NCBI GenBank assembly: GCA_011109175.1
Contig: RDEW01000067.1
Location: 154,248 to 218,247 of the forward strand
Direction of reading: 5' to 3'
Length of the DNA: 64,000 bases
Origin: Dicyema japonicum
Taxonomy: Eukaryota > Animalia > Dicyemida
The position numbers were made by a program, and so were the translations under genes. Positions 54,481 to 64,000 of this stretch are shown here, piece after piece. The notes under the pieces were generated by a model. That model made no database searches and was not told the origin of the DNA. It saw nothing but the letters and a program-made list of their open reading frames with translations. The stretch's first letter is position 1, and the number at the start of each line of letters is the position of its first letter.

Positions 54481-55769
54481 GTAATGTCTTCAAACAACAT
54501 GGCGGTGATGGTTAGATGTTTTTTGAACAAAAAAAATAAATTTTGACTTTTTTTGTTTTGCCCTACTTATGAGTCTATCCATTTCTACTCAAACAATTTG
54601 ACTGATGAACAGAGCTCTACAGTTAGAGGCATCAGTTAACTTAATCGTGCATAAATACTTCCTCGTCTACATTTCCACGGATAGCCATGATGAACTTTCC
54701 AACCCATCTTGCACGAATGCTCTGGATATTCCACAATCCCTAATAAACACTTTCAAAGAGATGATCGACTAGCTGACTGATTTTCAGTCGGTATGAGATG
54801 GCAATTAATTTATATACTAAAATGAAAAATAAATGACTTCAGTTTGATATACATTAGTACACAAAAATTTTACAAGTTTTTTTTGTCAATTGCTTTGGCT
54901 TGACAAGTGACGACGTCATCAGTGAAAATCTCACAGCGTATCCGGATCGTCTAAAGAGGAATCACACCTAACAAAAAGGAAAAAAGAGTCAGTAGCATCC
55001 ATAATTCCCTCTTATCAATTAGTGATGATAACTGTTCTTTACTTGAAATAAAATGCGTGTCCTGCCTGAACTATACCTAATTAGGTCTTCGTAAATCTCA
55101 AGGTATAAAGATTATGAGCTGTTTGTCAGGGTAAGATACTTTATCTTTTTGGTTAAATCAATTTTAGTTTCCAAAAAATATCAAAATATGAGAACAGTTT
55201 AACCTAATTTACTAAAAATTCAAATATGAATAATCTATTTTAATGGCCCTCAAGATTATCTCTCTGGGGTCTCTTATCACTAAGTCATTACGTAGTAGAC
55301 TTGACATATGATAACAGATCATAGCTATTCTCATTAAAGTACGCTATTTCACCTCATGGTCTTAATAGTTTCTCATGGTCTTTATTTAACTTTGCTTAAA
55401 CCTTATGCGTAGAGCAATTTTCTACGATCATTAACCAAAATATAAAATTATAAAAGAAAAATTAGAAATTAAAATAATTGGGACACGAGGAACAACGTTA
55501 TCAATAATCAAGTCCCGCTTCAATTCTTCTCTCTTAATTCCAGCTATCAATCTGTTGGAAAAAGCAGATGTCTCTCAGATAACAAATTTTATCTTTTCGA
55601 ACATTCGTGATTGTTGGCTCGGTTTTAATTCGAATGAATAATAAAATATAAGAACAGATTGACCTAATTTTATTGAAAAATATGAATAATCTAACTTATA
55701 ATAAAATAAATTGAATTCAATTTATCAAAAACCAAAAATAATCCCAAAGAGAAACCCAAGCTATCTAAG

Positions 55770-56728
55770 GTTGGAGCAGTCACGTTCAACTATTATTGGT
55801 TTCAACTATAATTAGATAAGATTAATACAAATCAGGTCTAACAATCCACGAAAGTTTCTCCACGTGATAACTTCGACAATATTATTATTCCAATACAACT
55901 CGGATTGACTGTTCTAAATATCACTGAAATAAAAATTTACGTTGAGTTTAGAATTTGGAAAATTGTTAAAGTAATTGATTAGATTTGTTGAATTAAAAGT
56001 TCCAATTGGAACATGTAGACTGACTCCATTATTTTCCGCTCCTGTGTTCAATCCAACAAAGGCTGGAAATTCATGTACTTTAAAGAAATGCTCAATATAT
56101 TGGAATTGACTATATTTGGAATCAAAAAGGCAGAAATCCATCTAAAATTATATTAAAAATTTTAACATCATCGTGTTCTTTTTTAGCATTATTGGCTACT
56201 TTCATTAATTCATTAATTTTATGATTTTTTATTAACCATTATCACAATAACTTTTTTGTTTCTCTGAAATATTTCTTTATAGTTGAATTTATTTAACCAA
56301 CGCTGACCTGTTGTTTCTTCAAGATAATCTCTTATTTTTTCAATTTTTTGTTCTCCTACTTTAACTAAATAAAAGTTACCATAATATTCTTCTGACTTTG
56401 TTCCATTTTTAAATACGACAAATGCTGGTAAACTTTCAATACCTAATTTTTTGATCAACTCTTTATTGAAAGTTGCATCCACATATCCGAACTTTATATT
56501 TTGTTCTGATAATTCTCTAGATAGTTTGGAAAATTTATGACGTAAACTCACCTCATGTAGAGTTGATAAGAAAAAATTTTTGTCTAAAATTATTACAACC
56601 AAATAAATACTGAATTCAACAATATACCAATCGGCTTTGCTAACTTCATCAAAGAAATTTTCATTATTTAGATGTTTTAATTTCTGGAAAGTAATGTCAA
56701 TCAGAAAAAGTATCAAGTAGATCATCAT
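55770..56728 (-). CDS. Secreted protein disulfide-isomerase/thioredoxin-fold protein lacking CxxC in the first domain; 3' end uncertain
   Basis: Signal-like N-terminus; HLNNENFFDEV...IVEF, IKFGYVDAT..KELIKKLGIESLPAFVVFKNG, EYYGEQ; introns 56584-56610 (27 nt) and 56356-56379 (24 nt). Confidence 0.65.
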
Positions 56729-57339
56729 TACCTAATTTTATTAATCATTTATTATAAAGTTTGGTTTGCCAACATAAACTTTGCAATAATTTATCATTTT
56801 TTATATTTATTTATAAAAAATAATTATGACCGATTTAATAATTGTTATTATTTTAAAGAATTCATTCAATTATTATATTCAGATTTTAAAGATACGAAAT
56901 GATGTTACTAGTTAATTGTTGTTGTTGCTAAGAACCATCTAAATTCATCGGATTATGCGGACTTCTCTTGTTGTTAAAAGCCATCTAAATTCATCGGAAA
57001 ACCCAAATCGAACGGCTGCCGAGCTTGACAGGCATGTTTCTGACGAGGATACTGATAGGATTTGTCCTCAGCAAAACAACAAGAAAATTCCTGTTTTACG
57101 AGTTATAATGTCTTCCTCAACAGCTGATTGTCGAGTTCAATGGACTGCCGCGCTCTTGACTCGGTCGTGTCCCTAGAGGTGGATATGCTAGTCTCTTGGA
57201 AGGGTTCTAGTCTAAGTTTGAAGAGGAAATAACAATGCCTGAGTTCAGAAGACTGATATACGCCCAAAAACGTCAACAATTACCAAGCATGGACATGATT
57301 CGAAGTGGACCTCAGATTCAAAGCCTGATATGTCTTAGA

Positions 57340-58130
57340 CATTTATTGAGGCCAAGTTGTATGCTTGTTGTGAACGTAATTTTATTGAGGAAATACGGAA
57401 GAATCAATCAATTGACCATTTTTCAAGACGCCGTACAAAGAAAATTCCATATGTAAAAGTGGATGTGGATATCCTCGAATGCCTGAACCGTGCTCTTAAT
57501 GCTTGGATTAAAGTCAATCACCCAACGTCAATTGATCAAATTTCCTCTATTATTTATGCTCGGCAAACAGCCTACCAAATCTTGCCACAAAGAAATTTGA
57601 GCCCTCAAAATGATGGAAGATATGAATAAGAAAATTAAATAATGGAGATCACATTCTGTTTTTATTGAAAAATTTTTTACGAAGACTCTACTGACGAGAA
57701 GTTTATGGCGTGCCATGTTTTGTCTCTAGTTGGATAAAGGAAGAAACAATCCAGAGAAAGGGCCAGAATTACGTTTCTTATCCAAGATAAGATTACGTCA
57801 TAGAGAACAAAATGTCGACATTTGAATCGAGGAAAAAATTTTGTATGGACAACCAACTGTCCCAATTGAATAGAAGGACCTTTTACAGGAACTTGAATTT
57901 AGGACAGAATAAAAATAATTCCTCATTTGATAATGAAAAATGCGCTTATTTTTGGGAAGGATTATGGAAAAAAGGAGTCTAAATTCCGAAAGTTTTAATA
58001 TCGGAAATAGAATGACGGTGTTGAAAATGTGTTTGAACAAACGATTCAATATTTTCCGAATTGTAAGTCCCCAGGTTGTGACGGGATCGACAATTTCTTC
58101 TTTTAGAAATTTACCAGAGGGACCAAATCA
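57340..58130 (+). mobile_element. Degenerate N-terminal fragment of a fourth R4-clade family
   Basis: TKKIP..LNRAL...IDQISSIIYARQTAY and KSPGCDGIDNFF parallel families A and B. Confidence 0.65.
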
Positions 58131-59830
58131 GTAGAAAAATCAGGAGACTGAACAAGACACTCCACCAAAAAGAACTACTTCGCAAAATCAATTAAGTATC
58201 CAAACTAAAAGATAATTCACAAATGTATTTGGCCGCTCGTTTACTACGCCACACAAACCGGAAAAAACGAATAATCATCAAAGACAAAAATGGCAAGACA
58301 TTACTAATACTGAAGATCAAGCGGAGGTAATTGCAACACATTTTGAGAACTGTTTGATGTGACTACAGCAATCTCCCATTCAAAGGAAAGCCTAGACCCA
58401 TAAAAGAACCAATTACAATTTTGGAAGTAAAAACAGCATGTCAAAAACTAAAAAATAACAGAAGCCCTGACCAGATACGATAAACCTAGAATTACTGAAA
58501 TACGGCCCTGACCCCCTTTTTGAAAAAATCGCTACACTACTAAATGAAATGTTTTCAACTAACTCAACTTTGCCCTGGAAACGGATTACTAATACCTATA
58601 CATAACACAATAAACCCAAAGCAATATTAAAACTTACGACCTATTTATTATCAAATTCTCTACGGAAAGTCTTAGCTAACATTGTATTGGAACGAATAAA
58701 AGGACCCGTCTATGAATACCTACCCGAAAGTCAAAGTGGGTTCAGAGAAGGAAGATCAACAGCTGATGCAGTCTGGAGTCACAGATGGATATGTGCAACA
58801 CATCAAAGATATTGCAATGCCACTCACATTCTAGGAATAGATCTATCAAAAGCCTTGACTCGGTTAACAGGAAAAATTGATGACAGTGCTGGGAGGGTTT
58901 ATTGACGAATCGAGTCTAAGAATGATTCATATCCTTCTATCTAACACAGAGCTCCTTGTGAGAGTTGGAAAAACCTACAAAGAGAAAATTTGAAACAAAC
59001 ACAGGCACTCCTCAAGGAGACTCCCTTTCTCCGCTACTATTCACAATATACTTGGAGGACGCTATGAGGGAACTGAGACCATTATACCAAGGAAAAATAG
59101 AAGAAGTGATTTATTCTGATGATGTCGACCTAATTTCTAAAGACAAAGAACTCCTGGAGCATGTGCTAGAAAAAGCACCAGATATACTTGGGAAATGGTT
59201 TCTCACCGTGAACAGGGAAAAAAGAGAACGGACAGATATAAGACGAATGAATAACTCACTCGAGAGAAATGGAGACACATAAAGAAACTTGGCTCTTTAC
59301 AAGGAGATAGCGAAGAAATCATTCGAAGAAAAAAATTGGCAAATGCGGCATTACACAGGCTGAAAAATCTTTGGCTAAAACGAAAGGGTATAACATAAAA
59401 CAAAGGATTATGTTATACGACACCTTCTTCAAACAATCCTACTATACAACTCTGGGACCTGGGCCACCTCTAAAAAGGAATTGGAGAGGCTAGACTCATT
59501 TCACTGGAATCAACTATGAAACATAAATGGAATGTCCTGGCCATCCAATATCTCGCGGAATGGACTGTACAATAAGTGTGACTGTATACCATTAAGCCAC
59601 GAGATCATTAGCTCTCGTTGGAGACTTTTTGGACATGTCCTGAGTTCGGACCCGATATCCCATCCGAATATCGCAATGGAAATTACTACTCCTCCAATGT
59701 ATAAAGCTTTCGTGGAAGACCGAGAACTACCCTCCCGTCGTTCTACAAAACGATCTGAAAGCCGTGAAGAAAACATTAGCATCTGGTGACGGACTCACTG
59801 AGGGACCTAGCAAAAAAGTGCAATAAGGAT
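58120..59830 (+). mobile_element. Degenerate RTE-like LINE (RT to C-terminus)
   Basis: QSGFREGRSTAD, GIDLSKA, GTPQGDSLSPLLF, YSDDVD, RWRLFGHVL, GRPRTTLP. Confidence 0.8.
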
Positions 59831-59849
59831 AATTCCTCCTCATTGAAAC

Positions 59850-60150
59850 TTTCCGCAATCGAGGAGAGTGCAATAAGGATAATTGGACCAGAACACAAAA
59901 TCCAGCCCATTGAAAATTTCTTAATCGAATTACAACGGAAACTCTTAAAGGAGGCTAGTTTACCGAGCTGCCCTCTATTCCATACACTATCGAAATATCT
60001 ACAATCATCAGAAATTTTGAGCCGATGCCTTGTCCAATGAGAAGAGCTGTTCAAGATTCTCGACCCCGCCGGACTCGTTCTCTCTTTTGTCAGTCTGGGA
60101 TCACTTAGTTAGATGAGAACTTTTAATTCTTTCTTTTTGACCCAGTGATC
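59850..60150 (+). mobile_element. 5'-truncated LINE 3' end (...FCQSGIT*) with (TAA)n tail
   Basis: Stop at 60106-60108; tail at 60138-60150. Confidence 0.6.
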
Positions 60151-60184
60151 CTGGGGTAATAATAATAATATGCTTGAGCTCTTC

Positions 60185-60355
60185 TTTGAGGTGATTTGAG
60201 TGACGCCGTCAACAGTGGATACTCACTGCGGAACTGGATTGACTAGAAAGGGCCACACACAAGAAAAAGAAAATAGAAGTGAAGATCGTTCCTTGGTTTT
60301 ACGATTAGTTAAAATTAACTGTTCTTTACTTAAATAAAGTGTGTGTCCTGCCTAT
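60185..60355 (+). repeat. Dispersed ~170-bp repeat, solo-LTR-like (other copies ~46495-46650 and ~54895-55075)
   Basis: Shared blocks GTGACG.CGTC, GAAGTGAAGATC, TAACTGTT(C)TTTACTT.AAATAAA, GTGTCCT. Confidence 0.4.
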
Positions 60356-60419
60356 GCGGAGCTATAAATATTATGGCTCTTGTGAAAAAACCGTTATTAT
60401 TATTATTATTTATATTAAT

Positions 60420-61184
60420 GTTTTCACATATAATAATCACTCCACTTTAGCATCAATAATTTCCTCGTCGACATTATAATCTTCACAAAGATGCTGTAAA
60501 AAAATGTATCCTGTAACATTTTAATTCATCACTATGTTGACTAATGAAAACATTAAAAAATTCTGTTGTCATTCAACCCCTTTTATTTACATAGTACAAT
60601 ATTTTTCAAAGTGAAAATCTTTTAAAAATCTTGGAACTTTATCTTCCTTTAAATCTGTGCAGTCTTTACTAACTTCAAAATCATTGATTCCAAGCTTTTC
60701 ATCAAATACTTTAGCTTATGCAAATGATCAGTAATAAAACCATTAATTTCATCCATTCAACTAGTGAATTATCAAGTTGATGACGTTTACCACTTGGCTC
60801 TTGACTTGTTTATCTTATTTTCACAGTTTTCCAACTTTCATGGTTTTTAAGAATTTCTGAAAGTGTAGAAATTCCTAAAATAAGAGTTCATTTTTATTTC
60901 ACAGATATGGATAATTCTCTGAGAGTCATATTTGATGTATTTTTATTTCACAAATATTATTTTTTTCCAACAAATTACTGCTAGATTTTAAATTTAAATG
61001 TAAATTCATCTGAATGTAAAATAAAACAAAATAAATTAATCCGAAATTTTTAATAAATGTCTATCGGATTACGGATTATGAAGTTTCGGTTTATTGAAAC
61101 CTGTTTGTAAGGAAACTTTGTAAAATTTTGCTAACTCATCAAAAAATTCGGATAATTGAAGTTCGAATTAATGAGGGTTCACTG
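60420..61184 (-). mobile_element. Degenerate pogo/Tigger transposon 5' half
   Basis: TA|CAGTGAACCCTCATTAATTCGAAC terminus at 61160-61186; CENP-B-like HTH remnants (LGISTLSEILKN, LDNSLVEW). Confidence 0.65.
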
Positions 61185-61281
61185 TAATTTCTTTTACTTA
61201 AAAATATAAAAATATATTTATTGTTTAAAGTCAAATTTTTTTTAAATTAACTTAATTATAAATTCTAGATTTTGTTAGAAA

Positions 61282-63665
61282 ATGGAAATACCCTCATTAT
61301 ATGCGCATTGCCTTGATCATATTCAAACAGACTTTGATGAGAAAAAATATAAAAAATTAAATGAAAAAACTAAGAAAATGATTTTTAAAAGTTTATTTAA
61401 GGGAATGCTATATCCAAAGATCCATATCTAAATGATGAGATAAATCACACAAATTCAAAGTTACACAAGATTTCTGATTTTGTTCAGAAAAATGTTTTCT
61501 GTGTTGAACTTACTCCTGACATTGACGTTAATGATGTTGTAAAGATGATTCAAGTTTATCCGAATTTATCGAACATTAAATTATCCAACATGACTTCATC
61601 AGAAAAGAATCCTTTATTACCATTCTCACCCAATAACGTCAAATCATTTACACTTGAGCTATATAATGACCCAGATTTACTACATTCCCTATTTATGACT
61701 GGATTTAACAAAATAACATCTCTTGAACTTGGCTATATGTGTTATAGTGAAAAAATTTTTAAAAATAGCACAATTAAAATAATGGATAAAGTGGAACACA
61801 TCTACTTTATGAACATTGTAATTATAGATTTTGAAGAATTTGCTGCTAACTTAAACTGTCCAGAGGCGCTGTGGTTTAATTTATATAAAATTCAGTTATT
61901 TTACGCAAATGAATAATCGTCATTTTAATGAAACAGATGATACTTTTAAAGTTAATTGTATTCCTCTTCTCGAAAAAACCAACAATCTTAAATTTCTCGA
62001 CTTATCGGGATGTATTGTAGACATGGAGAAATTAACGAAGTTATCGATTATAATAATCATAGCTACTTGCAAAAAAGGATTTAAGAAAAATCATTTTGAC
62101 AAATTTATAAATTTCAATGTGAATATATATGAATCAGTAATTTTGACGATATAATATAGAATGAAAAAGAATTACTTATAACTAGCTTAATCAGGTCTCT
62201 CTTCATGTTCAGAAATGTAGATGATTTGTATGAAATCTTAAATTGGATTTTCAGTTCGAATTACAAATTCCGATATAAATTATTAAGTCGGTTTTTGAAA
62301 GTATTTTGAAAACATTAGTTTAGTTTTTGTGTCTTAAATCTAATTTTGAGTATAGAGATCCATATGAATTCTTGTAAGTGAATTATTTTACTCCAGCTTT
62401 ATCTTAGCCAGGATTATTGAAAACTATCAAATATCGCATTTTAACCGTCGGTATGTGTTGATTTTATATTTAGTGTGATTTATTATGGGATTTGTAAATT
62501 TTTCGAGTATTACCGAAGTATTCGTTACGAAATGGTAAATTAATTTAAAATTTAAGGATTTTTGTGATTGTTTAAAGTTATTTCATTTTTTAAAACCATG
62601 GGAATCATCAATTTTCGTTTGCAAACTTTTCATTTTAGTTGCCTTCGTTTTCATTCATCCTTAAAGGAATTTCTTGTTGGGATGAAGACTATAGTCACGA
62701 TTACGATACATATCGTTCTATTTTAAAAGATTTGAGCATAGAATATCTGACTTTTCTTGGATTTTCCGGACTTGTGAAAGTTTAAAATTAATGACAGGAT
62801 TATTTTAGTATTGCTTTGATTCTTGTGAAACATGCTACAACATGGGTTTTTGCATATTTAATTTTTTGAGATATCTTCTAGGTATTTGAAATATATTTTT
62901 TTAGATGAAAATGAAAAAAATGTGGATTTGTTTGTTGATTTGGATGGAATTGCTCGAATTCACAATATTTTTGAACGATTTTCATTAGAAGCGGATCGAA
63001 ACCTTAATATCATATTTATGAGTATAGAGATCATAATTCCAATTATTAAAGTTGTAGAAACTCTAGCTAAATTTCCAAACGTAAGAGGTTTACTTGTTTC
63101 GTGTGGAATAATAGAAGATTTATTGTAAAGTCGGTGTTTCATTAAAAGGAATCCTGATTACGATCAACTTAATTTTAATGCGCACTATTTTATCTGGAGT
63201 TGCATGTGTCTAATACTAGGAGATCCAAATATTATTCTTCCAACATTTTTAAAATTGAATATCGGTGATTTGAGTCCAAAAGATTTCATTCTAAATAGGA
63301 TTTGTCAATTTATCAAAGAAAATCCATATGAAGCAGACTGCGACATCCATAGTAGGTAGTTTAATTTTCTATGTCGTAGGTCTATGATACCAACAATAAA
63401 ATTATTAAATATGAATACAGACGAGCGAATTTGGCTTTGGGTTGTGTGGGAATTTGCTAATTTAACCACTAAATCTCGTTATTCTTTACTTTAATATTAG
63501 CAAATCTTTTCATGGACATGTTGATTCCCCATAATATAATTCAGAAAATTGAGAATATATGTAGTCAATCCAACATGGAAGAGATCCATTCCTACGCTGA
63601 GATTTTTAGAACAAATTACAATGTTGTTATTTTAATTATTTTAGGATTATATTAATCATCATTAA
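61282..63665 (+). CDS. ZYG11: ZYG11/ZER1-family gene, paralog 3 (more diverged)
   Basis: Same exon and micro-intron layout as paralogs 1 and 2; frameshifts present; downstream flank lacks Ginger. Confidence 0.7.
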
Positions 63666-64000
63666 TTAAGTATTCTAGTCAACTAATCTCTTTATTAATA
63701 ACTTATTAACAATATTCATTTCTTATTCGATATTACCTTGGCTTGCAACTTATTTACTGCTTGACTGAGTTTTTTCTTAAATTCAAAAAATGTTTTTAAC
63801 AATAATTAAATGTGAACCTACATGCCATATTGATTTCTAAAAACTCATTTTGCTATTTATTTGAAAATAAAAATTTAGAATTTTTCCATCTCGGGGACCT
63901 AAATCGTTCTTTATACCTGAATCGTTAATTTACTCTTAAACATTTTTTGACTACGTTTCTCAAATTTTTCTTAATTATTTATAATTTTTCTCATCGGTTG

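Larger units (their letters stand above)
53912..55169. mobile_element. Non-autonomous TIR-bounded segment (48-bp perfect inverted repeat) containing nested TE debris
   Basis: 53921-53968 is the exact reverse complement of 55113-55160 (imperfect extension to ~57 bp); no transposase; no clear TSD. Confidence 0.6.

Noticed and set aside
59817-59884. 18-bp direct repeat as a TSD
   Set aside because: It encloses only 32 bp with no tail or TIR; more likely local slippage at the RTE/LINE junction.
1-64000. Microsporidian or ciliate origin of the contig
   Set aside because: NPHP4 implies cilia, which microsporidia lack. TAA/TAG act as stops and are absent from reconstructed exons, unlike Paramecium-type codes.

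Overview
AT-rich eukaryotic nuclear DNA in the standard genetic code, dominated by transposable elements. Host genes are broken by very small GT-AG introns (22-27 nt, mostly 23), so the ORF track misses or fragments them. With a ciliary gene and animal-type families present, this points to a miniaturised ciliated metazoan such as a dicyemid (inference). Architecture: a ~19 kb tandem segmental duplication (about 1994-20621 and 20621-39689). Each unit carries a ZYG11/ZER1-like gene, a Ginger2/TDD-like integrase transposon, R4-clade retroelement fragments, NPHP4 and an APE-type LINE. Each unit then gained its own near-full-length R4-clade (RT + CCHC + RLE) retrotransposon. The distal 24 kb holds CRE, hAT/Buster, RTE, Tc1, pogo/Tigger and LINE remnants, a third R4 family with an open frame, an intact triple-ShKT gene, a PDI-like gene and a third ZYG11-like paralog. 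Most notable: (i) six divergent LINE 3' ends finish their ORF with Gly-Ile-Thr-stop using different codons; (ii) three R4-clade families end in oligo-T and sit at TTAAA rather than rDNA; (iii) a spliced triple-ShKT gene; (iv) a local expansion of ZYG11-like CRL2 adaptors. Family assignments come from remembered motifs, not database searches, and many boundaries are approximate.
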